A stretch of DNA of 64,000 nucleotides. It comes from Bacteroidales bacterium OttesenSCG-928-B11 (GTDB lineage: Bacteria > Bacteroidota > Bacteroidia > Bacteroidales > WCHB1-69). A program made the position numbers and the translations under genes. Positions 16,546 through 27,098 of the stretch are shown in pieces (position 1 is the first letter of the stretch; each line of letters opens with the position of its first letter). Under the pieces are notes generated by a model. The model was not told the DNA's origin and did no database searches. It was given only the letters and a program-made list of their open reading frames with translations. Location: contig JAJDJJ010000002.1 of NCBI GenBank assembly GCA_030267125.1, positions 29,934 to 93,933 on the forward strand. The letters run 5' to 3'.

Positions 16546-19500
16546 ATGTTACAAAAATTCATAGAACGTCCGGTACTATCAACAGTTATTTCGATTTTGA
16601 TTGTGATTATGGGATTGGTAGGACTGGTTTCGCTGCCAATTCAGCAATATCCGGACATTGCCCCTCCCACCATTGAGGTTTCAGCGAGTTATCCCGGGGC
16701 AAATGCCGACGTGGTACTTAATTCGGTAATTGCTCCGTTAGAGGAACAAATCAACGGGGTAGAAGGGATGACTTATATGATTTCTTCCGCTAAAAATGAC
16801 GGCACCGCTTCGATACAGATCTTCTTCACGTTGGATACTGACCCCGATATGGCGGCGGTGAACGTGCAAAATCGTGTGGCGGCAGCCAGCAGCAACCTCC
16901 CGACCACCGTAACCGCAATGGGCGTGAGTACCCGGAAAAAACAAAATAGTATGATCCTCGCCATGAGCGTTTATAGTGACAATCCGGATCATGATGAGAC
17001 TTTCATTCAAAATTACACGAAAATCAATATCGTACCCGAACTACAACGGGTGAACGGCGTGGGCGATGTTTCCGTTTTCGGAGCACGCGATTTTTCCATG
17101 AGGGTGTGGTTGAAACCGGAAAAGATGAAAGCATATAACTTGCAGCCATCTGACATCACAGCAGTTATAAAGGAACAAAGCGTGGAAGTAGCCCCAGGAA
17201 AATTGGGCGCAAACAGCCAGCAAGTCTTTCAATACACGATCAAATATAAAGGACGATTATCGACCGCGGCAGAGTATGAAAATATTGTCATCCGGGTGGG
17301 CGAGAATGGAGAAATCCTACGGTTACGTGATGTGGCTGACATCGAATTTGGTGCATTTAACTACGATGTTTCCGGCACCACCAACGGCGTGCCAAGTGCA
17401 ACATTGGCGATTTATCAAATGAAAGGCTCCAACTCCCAAGAGATTTGTGATAATATCAAAACCAGCATGACCGAATTGGAAAAGAGTTTCCCTTCGGGTT
17501 TTAGATTTGTATATGTCGTTGATAGTCAAGATTTCTTAAACGCATCCATCCACGAGGTTGTGAAAACATTAATCGAAGCATTTATCCTCGTTTTCATCGT
17601 GGTATTCGTTTTCTTACAAAATGTGAAAGCCACAGTCATCCCGGCCATATCAGCCTCGGTGGCAATTGTGGGTACTTTCTTCTTCCTTAGTTTACTTGGA
17701 TTCAGTATCAATATGTTAACCCTATTTGCCTTGGTGCTCTCGATCGGAATTGTCGTCGATGATGCGATCGTCGTCGTCGAGGCGGTCTATGCAAAGTTAG
17801 AGAACTCTCGATCAATGACCACGCTAACAGCTACAAAGTCAGCAATGGGCGAAATCACGGGTGCGGTAATATCGATCACATTGGTCTTCCTGGCTACTTT
17901 TTTACCCTCCGTTTTCATGTCAGGGGCAACCGGCGCATTCTACCAACAATTCTGTATCACGCTAGCGATAGCGGTTTGTATCTCTGCCGTCAACGCCTTA
18001 ACTCTTAGTCCTGCACTGTGCGTAATCTTAATAAAGAACGAGGGGCACGAAGAACAAAAACAGAGTAAACTGAAAAAGCTGGGCACGGCATTTAACACCG
18101 CTTTTGAGAAAATGACTGACAAATACGCAGGTGTAATTCGCAGCATGGCCAATAGAAAAGGGGTTGTGATGCTCGTCTTTGCAGCAATCGTGGGTGTAGC
18201 CGTTTTCCTCATGACGAGAACTCCTACGGCGTTCGTTCCTACTGAAGACCAAGGGATTGTCTTTTTAGATTTATCAATGCCGGAAGGAACTACTGTAGAG
18301 CGGACACAAGAAGTTTTAGCCGAAGTGGATAAGATTTTAGCCGCAGAACCCACCATCGAGGCGCGGGTAAACATTGCCGGAACCAGTATGCTATCCGGCG
18401 CAGTGGGCGGCTCTTATGGACTGGGTATGATCAAACTGGTGCATTGGGATAAACGGGAAGATATTTCATTGCCGGAAATTATCGGATCGCTGCAACAGAA
18501 AATGAACCAGATTACTAAAGATGCGACCATCATACTCTTTGTTCCACCAACGATTAGTGGATATGGAAGTTCTGATGGTTTTGAGTTCCAGTTGAAAGAC
18601 AAAACCGGCACCGGCGACCTTAACAATCTCTATTTGGTTGGACGGGATTTTATCGCCGAGATCATGAAGCAACCCGAAATCAAATACGCAACCAGCAGTT
18701 TCAGTGTTAGTTTTCCGCAATATGAGATGGAGGTAGACATCAATAAATGTAAAATGCTGGGTGTAAGTGTTTCCGATGTATTCAATGTCATGCAAGGTTA
18801 TATTGGGGGATCAGTGACGGGCGACTTCACCCGCTTCACAAAATTCTACCGTGTAATGGTGCAGGGCGAAGCGGATTCCCGAACAAATAGCCAAAGTTTG
18901 GGCAATTTATACGTTCGGAGCAAAGACGGAGAGATGGTGGCTTTGAATACGATTGTCACCTTGAAGCGGGTGTTCGGCTCCGACCTGATCAAAAGATATA
19001 ATATGTATAATGCTATTGCTGTGACGGGGCAACCGGCCGAGGGTTACAGTTCCGGACAAGCGCGCGAGGCGATCGAACGGGCAAAAGCATCATTACCCGC
19101 CGGCTTCGATTACGACTATACCGGCATGACACGCGACGAGATCGAATCGGGAGGACAACAAGGTTTTGTGCTCGCTTTAAGTTTCATCCTCGTATTTTTC
19201 ATCCTGGCAGCACTTTATGAAAGTTATATCCTTCCACTCTCGGTGATGCTAAGCTTATTGCTCGGGGTTTTCGGGGTTTACACCGCAATCAATATATTTG
19301 GAATATCCGCTAATATCTACGTCCAAATCGCATTGATCATGTTGCTGGGTTTATTAGCCAAGAATGCGATTCTGATTGTGGAATTTGCGAAGCTGGGGCG
19401 CGAAAATGGCCTTCCGATTGTGGAAGCGGCTTACGAAGCAGCTAAATCTCGTGTCCGTCCCATCTTAATGACCTCCTTCGCTTTTATTTTCGGGATGATT

Positions 19501-19680
19501 CCGTTGTGCTTGTCAAGCGGTGCCGGCGCAGCAGGTAACATCTCCATCGGGATCACGGCCGCTGTGGGATTCCTCATCGCAACTATCCTTGGCCTATTTT
19601 TTGTCCCGATATTTTTCATTATATTCCAAAAACTCCAAGAAAAAAGCAATAAGAAAAGTGTTCCACAAAAAGAAGCATAA
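16546..19680 (+). CDS. RND multidrug efflux permease (AcrB/HAE1 type)
   Basis: 1044 aa. N-terminus MLQKFIERPVLSTVISILIVIMG, 12-TM/two-loop architecture, and VVDDAIVVVE and AKNAILIVEFA motifs. Confidence 0.95.
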   Translation: MLQKFIERPVLSTVISILIVIMGLVGLVSLPIQQYPDIAPPTIEVSASYPGANADVVLNSVIAPLEEQINGVEGMTYMISSAKNDGTASIQIFFTLDTDPDMAAVNVQNRVAAASSNLPTTVTAMGVSTRKKQNSMILAMSVYSDNPDHDETFIQNYTKINIVPELQRVNGVGDVSVFGARDFSMRVWLKPEKMKAYNLQPSDITAVIKEQSVEVAPGKLGANSQQVFQYTIKYKGRLSTAAEYENIVIRVGENGEILRLRDVADIEFGAFNYDVSGTTNGVPSATLAIYQMKGSNSQEICDNIKTSMTELEKSFPSGFRFVYVVDSQDFLNASIHEVVKTLIEAFILVFIVVFVFLQNVKATVIPAISASVAIVGTFFFLSLLGFSINMLTLFALVLSIGIVVDDAIVVVEAVYAKLENSRSMTTLTATKSAMGEITGAVISITLVFLATFLPSVFMSGATGAFYQQFCITLAIAVCISAVNALTLSPALCVILIKNEGHEEQKQSKLKKLGTAFNTAFEKMTDKYAGVIRSMANRKGVVMLVFAAIVGVAVFLMTRTPTAFVPTEDQGIVFLDLSMPEGTTVERTQEVLAEVDKILAAEPTIEARVNIAGTSMLSGAVGGSYGLGMIKLVHWDKREDISLPEIIGSLQQKMNQITKDATIILFVPPTISGYGSSDGFEFQLKDKTGTGDLNNLYLVGRDFIAEIMKQPEIKYATSSFSVSFPQYEMEVDINKCKMLGVSVSDVFNVMQGYIGGSVTGDFTRFTKFYRVMVQGEADSRTNSQSLGNLYVRSKDGEMVALNTIVTLKRVFGSDLIKRYNMYNAIAVTGQPAEGYSSGQAREAIERAKASLPAGFDYDYTGMTRDEIESGGQQGFVLALSFILVFFILAALYESYILPLSVMLSLLLGVFGVYTAINIFGISANIYVQIALIMLLGLLAKNAILIVEFAKLGRENGLPIVEAAYEAAKSRVRPILMTSFAFIFGMIPLCLSSGAGAAGNISIGITAAVGFLIATILGLFFVPIFFIIFQKLQEKSNKKSVPQKEA

Positions 19681-19684
19681 AACA

Positions 19685-21064
19685 ATGAAAATCAACAAAT
19701 ATATCTATTTGGTTTTAATTTCGGGAATACTATTTCAAGGATGTATTGCCAAAAAATATATTCAACCCGAAGTGATTCAACAAAACAACAGCTATCGCGG
19801 GTCTGACAGTAACACCGAAAATTTCGCCACAGCCGGCTGGGAGGATTTTTATCAAGATCCTCATCTGAAAAAGTTGATAAAGATGGCGTTGGATAGCAAT
19901 TTCGATGTGCGGATAGCTGAGAGTAACATCCGGATAGCACAAGAATATCTGAAACAGTCGAAAGCTGCTTTTTATCCCACATTGATGGCCGGTGCTTCCG
20001 GCGGGATAAACACCACCGGGTCAGCGACGACAGGGGTTTATTCCCTTTACGCTTCCACAATTAACAGCGGCACACAAGCCTCTTGGGAACTTGATATTTG
20101 GGGAAAACTGCGATCAGCGAAGCGTTCGCAACAAGCACAATTGATGCAATCCGAAAGCTACTGCCAAGCGGTACAGACCGAATTGGTCGCTTCGTTGGCA
20201 AGCGCATACTATTCCCTGTTGGCGTATGATGCGCAATTGGAAATTTATAAAACCAGTGCACAAACCCGCTTCGAGAGCATCAACGTGCTGGAAGCATTCA
20301 AAAATTCGGCGCAAAGCAACGAAATCGCAGTGAACCAAGGAAAAGCGCAATACTTCTACGCTGAAGCACAAATCCCGTTATTGAACATTAAGATACAAGC
20401 CACCGAAAACCTTATCTCCCTGTTGCTCGGCAGAGCACCCGAGCCAATTGAAAGGGGATCATTTGCGAATCAAGATACTGAAAGAGGCGAACATCCGAAT
20501 ATTATGGCTGATTTCACGCAAGTTGGCGTTCCCGGGCAGCTGCTCGTTAACCGGCCCGATGTGTTAGCGGCGGAATATAACCTCATCAGTGCCTTCGAGC
20601 ATTGGAACTACACCCGGGCAGCAATGTATCCCTCATTGGTGATTTCGGGAAGCGCGGGTTACGGTTCTCCCGGCACATTTTTGGCTGAGCTAATGGGCGG
20701 CTTAACTGCACCCATCTTCAATAATCGTAAGCTAAAAACACAGCGCAATGTCGCTTACGAAAACCAAGTGCAAGCGGCATTGAATTTCGAAAAGTGTGTG
20801 GTAAACGCCCAACGCGAAGTTGTCGACGCGCTGACCGCTTATCAATTTTCACAACAAAGTATTGGATACCAAAACTCCCAAGTGAAAGAGCTAAACAATG
20901 CGGTCGAAAATTCGATGGTAATGCTAAAAAACGGTTACAGCACCTACTTGGATCTGTTATACGCTGAAGACAACGCCCTTTCTGCTTCCATCGTCCTCAT
21001 CGAGATCTATCTACAAAATGCCAAAGCAAAAATTGAGCTATACCGGGCATTGGGAGGGAAGTGA
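19685..21064 (+). CDS. efflux outer-membrane factor lipoprotein (NodT/TolC family)
   Basis: The ATG at 19685 gives MKINKYIYLVLISGILFQGC (lipobox), 4 nt after the RND stop. Two TolC-like repeats. Confidence 0.9.
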   Translation: MKINKYIYLVLISGILFQGCIAKKYIQPEVIQQNNSYRGSDSNTENFATAGWEDFYQDPHLKKLIKMALDSNFDVRIAESNIRIAQEYLKQSKAAFYPTLMAGASGGINTTGSATTGVYSLYASTINSGTQASWELDIWGKLRSAKRSQQAQLMQSESYCQAVQTELVASLASAYYSLLAYDAQLEIYKTSAQTRFESINVLEAFKNSAQSNEIAVNQGKAQYFYAEAQIPLLNIKIQATENLISLLLGRAPEPIERGSFANQDTERGEHPNIMADFTQVGVPGQLLVNRPDVLAAEYNLISAFEHWNYTRAAMYPSLVISGSAGYGSPGTFLAELMGGLTAPIFNNRKLKTQRNVAYENQVQAALNFEKCVVNAQREVVDALTAYQFSQQSIGYQNSQVKELNNAVENSMVMLKNGYSTYLDLLYAEDNALSASIVLIEIYLQNAKAKIELYRALGGK

Positions 21065-21160
21065 AAAAAAGCTCTTTTCAAAGTCACTCATTTCAATCCA
21101 GTTTTTTTATTGGATGAAATACTTGTCTGCTTGTCTCTCAACACTTATCACTAATTTTCG

Positions 21161-21168
21161 TATGTTTG
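21161..21168 (+). promoter_or_regulatory. -7 promoter box (TATGTTTG)
   Basis: Perfect TAnnTTTG 38 nt upstream of the pyrH ATG. Confidence 0.5.
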
Positions 21169-21206
21169 CGCGAAATTTTTGAAAAAGAACAAAAAAATAT
21201 AAACGC

Positions 21207-21911
21207 ATGAAATACCGCAGGATACTATTGAAATTGAGTGGGGAATCATTCATGGGTGATGATAGTTACGGAATTAATTATGAGGCTGTACGTCATTTTG
21301 CCGAGGAGATTAGATCGGCTGTAGAGATGGGCGTGGAAGTAGGCGTGGTGATCGGTGGAGGCAATATTTTTCGCGGCGTAAAAGGCGCGGGCAAAGGTTT
21401 CGACCGGCGGCAAGGTGACTATATGGGCATGATGGCAACCATTATCAATGCCATGGCTTTGGAAACGGTGCTGAAAGAGATCGGCGTGAATGCCCGCACA
21501 ATGACCGCCATGGCTATCGAAGGTATCGGCGAGAAGATATACTACAAACAAGCGGAATGCTACCTGAAAGAAGGATGGGTGGTCATCTTCGGCGGAGGCA
21601 CGGGAAACCCCTTCTTCACCACTGATTCGGGAGCGGCGCTCAGAGCCGTTGAAATTAATGCCGACTTACTGCTCAAAGGCACCCGCGTGGATGGCGTCTA
21701 CACAGACGATCCTGAAAAAAATGCCGAAGCCACAAAATTCAACCATTTATCATATACCGAAGCCTACGAACGCAATCTCCGTATCATGGATCTGACCGCT
21801 TTCACTCTCTGTAAGGAAAATGGTATGAAACTGTGCATTTATAACGCCAATGTGAAAGGAAATCTCAAAAAAATCCTATTGGAAGAACAAATCGGCACCC
21901 TCTTGGATTAA
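21207..21911 (+). CDS. pyrH: UMP kinase
   Basis: YRRILLKLSGESFMG..., VVIGGGNIFRG and GGGTGNPFFTTDSGAALRA are canonical PyrH motifs. Confidence 0.96.
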   Translation: MKYRRILLKLSGESFMGDDSYGINYEAVRHFAEEIRSAVEMGVEVGVVIGGGNIFRGVKGAGKGFDRRQGDYMGMMATIINAMALETVLKEIGVNARTMTAMAIEGIGEKIYYKQAECYLKEGWVVIFGGGTGNPFFTTDSGAALRAVEINADLLLKGTRVDGVYTDDPEKNAEATKFNHLSYTEAYERNLRIMDLTAFTLCKENGMKLCIYNANVKGNLKKILLEEQIGTLLD

Positions 21912-21946
21912 TTATTTTACGTTCGACTAAAAAAATAGAAAAAACG

Positions 21947-22306
21947 ATGAACACAAACGACGACCATTCGGAAGAAAAATTAGCGAAAAAAGCTTCTAAA
22001 CGAGCCGGCTTCAAAATTCATGCAGGTATTTATATCCTTGTGAATCTCTTTTTTTGGGTGATTTGGATTTTTCTTTTCCGGGGTAATGAAGATAAAACCT
22101 TCTTTAACGCTGTGCTTTTCCTATCCATCGCTTGGCTTATCGCACTGATAGCCCATTATCTTATTGTATATAAATGGAATAAATCAATGGTAGAAAAAGA
22201 ACTGGATTCCTTAAAAAAAGAGATGAAGCAGAAAGAGAAGGAGCTGGAGAAGATAAAAGAACAGCAAAATAGTGACGAAGAAACAAAGGAACAAGGATTA
22301 TCTTGA
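21947..22306 (+). CDS. 2TM-domain small membrane protein with charged coiled-coil tail
   Basis: Two hydrophobic helices (IHAGIYILVNLFFWVIWIFLF, LFLSIAWLIALIAHYLIVY) followed by a KKEMKQKEKELEKIKEQ tail. Confidence 0.6.
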   Translation: MNTNDDHSEEKLAKKASKRAGFKIHAGIYILVNLFFWVIWIFLFRGNEDKTFFNAVLFLSIAWLIALIAHYLIVYKWNKSMVEKELDSLKKEMKQKEKELEKIKEQQNSDEETKEQGLS

Positions 22307-22358
22307 AATTTTGGAATTTTGAGATCTGATATACTTAAAAAGATAAAACCAGAAAATT

Positions 22359-22922
22359 ATGACAGAAGATTCGAAAAAATGTCTTGAGCAAGTTAAGGAG
22401 AGCATGAGCGGAACCATCTCCTTTTTTGATAAAGAGTTACAAAAAGTACATGCCGGAAAAGCCTCCCCGCAAATGTTGGAAGGCTTGAAGGTGGATTATT
22501 ACGGAAACCCCACACCAATCGAACAAGTTGGGAATATCAACACACCGGATGCGCGGCAAATTGTCATCCAACCATGGGAACGGACCTTGGTGCCGGCTAT
22601 CGAAAAAGCGATCCTCGCCGCCAATCTTGGATTCACACCGCAAAATAACGGTGAGTATATCCGAATCGTAATCCCTACTCCTACCGAAGAACGCCGGAAA
22701 GAGCTGGTGAAAAAAGTAAAACAAGATGCCGAACAAAATAAGGTTGGCATACGCAATATCCGCCGTAATGCAAACGAGACTGCCAAGAAGTTGAAAGATT
22801 CAGGTGTGCCGGAAGATGAGGTGAAAAAATTGGAAGAAGATATACAAAAGCTCACCAATGAGTTTATCAGCAAGATAGATAAAATGGTGGAAATCAAAGA
22901 AAAAGAAATAATGACTGTTTAA
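22359..22922 (+). CDS. frr: ribosome recycling factor
   Basis: 187 aa. VHAGKASPQMLEGLKVDYYGNPTPIEQVGNINTPDARQIVIQPWE is canonical RRF. Confidence 0.96.
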   Translation: MTEDSKKCLEQVKESMSGTISFFDKELQKVHAGKASPQMLEGLKVDYYGNPTPIEQVGNINTPDARQIVIQPWERTLVPAIEKAILAANLGFTPQNNGEYIRIVIPTPTEERRKELVKKVKQDAEQNKVGIRNIRRNANETAKKLKDSGVPEDEVKKLEEDIQKLTNEFISKIDKMVEIKEKEIMTV

Positions 22923-22934
22923 AAATTAAAGATT

Positions 22935-23312
22935 ATGAACGTACCAGAAAATTTAAAGTACTCTTCCGACCACGAATGGTTGAGAGTGGAAGGCGACATC
23001 GCTTACATTGGAATCACACTTTATGCAACCGAACAATTAGGTGATATTGTTTTTGTTGACGTAGCCACCGAAGGCGAAACATTAGAACGCAATGAAGTAT
23101 TCGGATCCGTTGAAGCTGTGAAAACCGTATCCGACCTATTTTTGCCCGTAGGTGGAGAAATTTTAGAGTTTAACACCGCTTTGGAAGACAATCCCGGATT
23201 GTTGAACAGCGATCCTTATGGCGAAGGCTGGATTATCAAAATCAAAATGACAGACGAAGCCGACATGGCAGATCTGTTAGACGCAAAAGGCTATTTGGCA
23301 ATTATCGGATAA
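22935..23312 (+). CDS. gcvH: glycine cleavage system H protein (lipoyl carrier)
   Basis: YSSDHEWLRVEG...GDIVFVDV...VEAVKTVSDL (lipoyl-Lys context)...DPYGEGWIIK. Confidence 0.95.
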   Translation: MNVPENLKYSSDHEWLRVEGDIAYIGITLYATEQLGDIVFVDVATEGETLERNEVFGSVEAVKTVSDLFLPVGGEILEFNTALEDNPGLLNSDPYGEGWIIKIKMTDEADMADLLDAKGYLAIIG

Positions 23313-23373
23313 TATCCCCGAAATCAAAAGACGGGGCTGCCAAAAAGCCTTCCCCTTCACAAAAGGCACAACG

Positions 23374-23417
23374 AACACAAAGAATAATGTTTTAAAAATC
23401 AATTCTTTGTGTTTTTT
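23374..23417 (+). terminator. rho-independent terminator after gcvH
   Basis: 12-bp stem AACACAAAGAAT (23374-23385) / ATTCTTTGTGTT (23402-23413) followed by TTTT. Confidence 0.7.
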
Positions 23418-23530
23418 GTGTTCTTAGTGGTTGTATTTCTGCATATCATTTTTGATTTTCATATACTAAAAAGCAACTCGAAAGTGTTCCACTTAGGAAC
23501 ATTTTTTCCTAATCTTTTAAATCAAATGCT

Positions 23531-24217
23531 ATGTTACAGAAAAAATCAACAAAAGGCGACCTCGAGAGCAGGAGAAGCACTTTCCTAGCACTCGGCATAG
23601 TCCTCATCGTAGGGCTTGTTTATTTTGGTTTTGAGTTGTTTGCAACCCAAGACAGAGCTCCCGGTTTCGTACCAACGGAACTTGATATTCCGGACATGAT
23701 GTCGGAAGAGGTGATAGCCACCGATCCCCGCCCGCCAGCACCACCCGCACCGGCTCCAAAAGATTTCGTTCTCAAAATCATTGATACGGACATAGAGACC
23801 AATATCGATTATGGTGATATTTTCATAGAATTTAATCCTGATGATAAAGTGCCCGAAATTCTTCCGACTGAGTTTATTCCTGAAATACCCACTGATGACC
23901 CGCCTTACGAATTCGTAGATGAAAAGCCCCTTTTCCCGGGAGGCGAGGGTGCATTGCTGAAATTTTTAGTCGATAATCTGCAATATCCGGCAATTGCCGC
24001 GGATTTAGGTATTTCCGGGACAATTCTTGTGGAATTTATCGTGGAGAAGAATGGAAAACCTTCAAATCCTAAGGTGATCATGTCAACCGCCGCCATTTTT
24101 GAACCCGAAGCAATCCGCATTATCAACATCATGCCAAGTTGGACTCCCGGCAAAGTGAATGGACAAAAGGTACGTTCGATTTATCATCTGCCGATAAAGT
24201 TTGAAATTACAAAATAA
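23531..24217 (+). CDS. tonB: energy transducer TonB
   Basis: N-terminal TM, a Pro-rich linker (PRPPAPPAPAPK) and a TonB C-terminal domain (PLFPGGEGALLKFLVDNLQYPAIAADLGISGTILVEFIVEKNGK). Confidence 0.88.
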   Translation: MLQKKSTKGDLESRRSTFLALGIVLIVGLVYFGFELFATQDRAPGFVPTELDIPDMMSEEVIATDPRPPAPPAPAPKDFVLKIIDTDIETNIDYGDIFIEFNPDDKVPEILPTEFIPEIPTDDPPYEFVDEKPLFPGGEGALLKFLVDNLQYPAIAADLGISGTILVEFIVEKNGKPSNPKVIMSTAAIFEPEAIRIINIMPSWTPGKVNGQKVRSIYHLPIKFEITK

Positions 24218-24222
24218 AGGGT

Positions 24223-26889
24223 TTAGTATTCAACGTTTGAACGTCGGCCTATCCATCTCTTTATTCCTTTAAATATCTCCATGATAACTAACGGGGCCAG
24301 CGACAAACCGATCACCCAAATCCATTGAACACCATCTAAATTGGAAACGTGGAAGATATCCTCCAGAAATGGTATTTCCAGTACGATGAGCATCAACCCT
24401 ATCACTATGGCAATGGCTCCCAATAAGTATTTATTACTGAATAAACCCCGGAAAGCGGAGTAGTGGTTAGACCGCACATTGAATACGTGTGTGATTTGGC
24501 AGAAAGCCAATACGGCAAAAGTCATGGTACGGGCGATGTCGATACCCCACTGCAATCCCACTTTGTAAGCAACCAGCGAGAGCATCCCGATCATCAATCC
24601 TTGTAGTGCAATGTGTAGTGCAAAATTACGGTTCATGATACCGGTCTTCGGATCGACGGGCTTGCGTTTCATGATGTTGGGTGTGGCAGGATCAACGCTC
24701 AGCGCCAATGCCGGCAAGCTATCGGTCACCAAGTTTATCCAAAGAATATGAATGGGGAGAAGCGGTACAGCCCAATTGGCTATTATAGCAACAAATAGCA
24801 CGATGATCTCGCCAATGTTAGTAGCCAACATAAACTGTATCGCCTTGATAATGTTATCGTAGATTCGCCGCCCCTCTTCCACGGCAGTCACAATGGTGGC
24901 GAAATTATCGTCGGCGAGCACGATGTCGGCGGCTTCCTTGGACACATCCGTTCCAGTAATGCCCATCGCCACACCGATATCGGCTAATTTCAATGCCGGC
25001 GCATCATTCACCCCGTCGCCGGTCATCGCCACAATCTTGCCATTAGCTTGGAATGCCTCCACAATCCTTACTTTATGTTCAGGAGAAACACGGGCGAAAA
25101 CAGCCACACGTTCCACCTCCTTGCGCAATTCGCTTGCCGACATCTTTTCCACATCCATACCGGTGAGAACGATGTCGCCTTCTTTCTTAATTCCCAGATA
25201 ATCAGCAATAGCCACGGCTGTGATCTGATGATCACCGGTAATCATTACCGGTTTGATACCGGCATCGGCGCATTTCTCAACGGCAACCCTCACCTCTTCG
25301 CGCGGGGGATCTATCATACCTAACATACCTGCAAAGGTAAGATCAAGTTCCAGCGTCGAAGGTTCAATCTCCTCAGGAAGCCGTTCTATCGTAGAGGTAG
25401 CCACTGCCAAAACCCGTAATGCCTCCTGTGCCATTCGGGTGTTTGCTTCTTTCAATTTGGATCGATCCGCCTCTGTTATTTCCCGTTTTTCCCCGTTTTC
25501 CAAAATAGAGGAACAACAAGCCAATACCTCATCCAATCCCCCTTTCACATAAACAGTTAAAATGCCATCCTTGTCAACCACGATCGTCATCATCTTGCGA
25601 TCCGAATCAAAGGGGATCTCGGCCACTCGAGGATACTTTACATTCAATTCATTTTTATAAAGATCAAATTTCAAACCCAAATCCACGAGAGCAGTTTCCG
25701 TTGGATCACCGGTAGTTGTCCATTTATCGTCATTTTGTGTAAGAATAGCGTCATTAGCCATGACTGCTCCTTCCATGACCATCTTAAAACCTCCTAAATT
25801 TTCGGCAGTTAACTGATCGACATTTTCTATTTTTCCATCTGCAAAAAGTTGCATCACAGTCATTTTATTTTGCGTGAGCGTGCCGGTTTTATCGGAACAG
25901 ATCACCTGTGTGCTACCAAGTGTTTCCACGGAAGGCAATTTACGGACAATCGCATTTTTTTTCACTAACTTTTGCACACCCACGGCGAGCACAATCGTTG
26001 AAACAGCCGGCAATCCTTCGGGGATCGCTGCCGCCGCCAAGCTCACCGCTGTCATAAACATCGTCATCAAGTCGTTGCCATACAACATCCCCACAATAAA
26101 AATAAGCAAACATATTGCTATTGCTCCTATTCCCAGCATCTTGCCCAGTTTATCCAATTTCTCCTGCAGCGGGGTCTTGGTTTCGGGCACTGTTTGAATC
26201 ATGCTGGCAATTTTACCCACTTCAGAGTCCATTCCAATGGCTGTGACAACTCCTTTCCCGCGACCATACGTCACGTTTGTTGAGCCAAAAGCCATATTAT
26301 CGCAATCGCCGAGAGAGACTTCCCCCTCGATTTTTGCTGTATATTTTTCCTCTGGCACGGACTCTCCGGTCAATGCCGCCTCCTGGATTTTGAGATTTAC
26401 GGCTTCTGTTAATCGCAGGTCGGCGGGAATGGAATCGCCGGTTTCAATAACGACTAAATCACCGGGAACTAGCTCTTTGGATTCTATAGTATTGAGTTTT
26501 CCATCTCGAATCACCTTGCAATGTGGCGAAGAGAGTTTCTCCAATGCATCCAGTGATTTTTCCGCTTTTGCCTCTTGCGCCACCCCGATGATTGCATTCA
26601 AGATTACAATAGCTAAGATAATAATTGCATCGGTAAAACCTTCTCCATTCAAAAAGCCCACAACACCTGAAATTGCCGCTGCAATCAATAAAACGATGAT
26701 CATGAAACTTTTAAATTGCATCAGGAATTTCTTCCATAACGGAGTATGTTTCTTTTTTTGAAACGCATTATACCCATATTGCGCCCGCCGTTCTTCCACC
26801 TCCTTTTCGAATAATCCTTGTTCAGACGAAGTCGACAACACTTGTTCAATCTCCTCAATAGTAAGATTGTAAAACTTTGATTCTTTCAT
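24223..26889 (-). CDS. cation-transporting P-type ATPase, Ca2+ (P2A) type
   Basis: CSDKTGTLTQNKM phosphorylation motif, TGES, PEGLPAV, MITGDH and GDGVNDAPALK. 888 aa. Confidence 0.92.
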   Translation of the reverse strand: MKESKFYNLTIEEIEQVLSTSSEQGLFEKEVEERRAQYGYNAFQKKKHTPLWKKFLMQFKSFMIIVLLIAAAISGVVGFLNGEGFTDAIIILAIVILNAIIGVAQEAKAEKSLDALEKLSSPHCKVIRDGKLNTIESKELVPGDLVVIETGDSIPADLRLTEAVNLKIQEAALTGESVPEEKYTAKIEGEVSLGDCDNMAFGSTNVTYGRGKGVVTAIGMDSEVGKIASMIQTVPETKTPLQEKLDKLGKMLGIGAIAICLLIFIVGMLYGNDLMTMFMTAVSLAAAAIPEGLPAVSTIVLAVGVQKLVKKNAIVRKLPSVETLGSTQVICSDKTGTLTQNKMTVMQLFADGKIENVDQLTAENLGGFKMVMEGAVMANDAILTQNDDKWTTTGDPTETALVDLGLKFDLYKNELNVKYPRVAEIPFDSDRKMMTIVVDKDGILTVYVKGGLDEVLACCSSILENGEKREITEADRSKLKEANTRMAQEALRVLAVATSTIERLPEEIEPSTLELDLTFAGMLGMIDPPREEVRVAVEKCADAGIKPVMITGDHQITAVAIADYLGIKKEGDIVLTGMDVEKMSASELRKEVERVAVFARVSPEHKVRIVEAFQANGKIVAMTGDGVNDAPALKLADIGVAMGITGTDVSKEAADIVLADDNFATIVTAVEEGRRIYDNIIKAIQFMLATNIGEIIVLFVAIIANWAVPLLPIHILWINLVTDSLPALALSVDPATPNIMKRKPVDPKTGIMNRNFALHIALQGLMIGMLSLVAYKVGLQWGIDIARTMTFAVLAFCQITHVFNVRSNHYSAFRGLFSNKYLLGAIAIVIGLMLIVLEIPFLEDIFHVSNLDGVQWIWVIGLSLAPLVIMEIFKGIKRWIGRRSNVEY

Positions 26890-27070
26890 TTATGCTTTAC
26901 TTATTAAAATACATTCTACTATAAAACATTTACGAGGGCAATTGTTTAGTGGTTGAAAATATTTATTTGCCACACTCTTGCATCAAACAGCAAAAAGATG
27001 AATAATCATATTAACGGTATCAAGAAAAGAGAGAAATAAAAAAGAGGTAATTTTTCAAATAAAGTTTTCC

Positions 27071-27078
27071 TATCTTTG
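27071..27078 (+). promoter_or_regulatory. -7 promoter box (TATCTTTG)
   Basis: Perfect TAnnTTTG 20 nt upstream of the apt ATG. Confidence 0.5.
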
Positions 27079-27098
27079 CACCGCAATAAACAAATTTT

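Noticed and set aside
19520-19684. N-terminal extension of the outer-membrane factor ORF overlapping the RND gene
   Set aside because: The extension lies inside the RND permease coding region in another frame. A clean lipoprotein signal (MKINKYIYLVLISGILFQGC) starts at the ATG at 19685, 4 nt after the RND stop.
23481-23507. Second terminator-like hairpin (AAAGTGTTCC/GGAACATTTT plus T-run) 25 nt upstream of tonB, as a possible sRNA or attenuator
   Set aside because: I found no convincing promoter box between the gcvH terminator (23374-23417) and this hairpin. It could simply be a back-up terminator or a 5'-UTR structure. Evidence is insufficient for an RNA gene call.
26201-26761. 186-aa plus-strand ORF antisense to the P-type ATPase
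   Set aside because: It lies entirely within a strongly supported 888-aa ATPase gene. It is Ser/Pro/Thr-rich, a composition typical of antisense shadow ORFs, and has no motifs.
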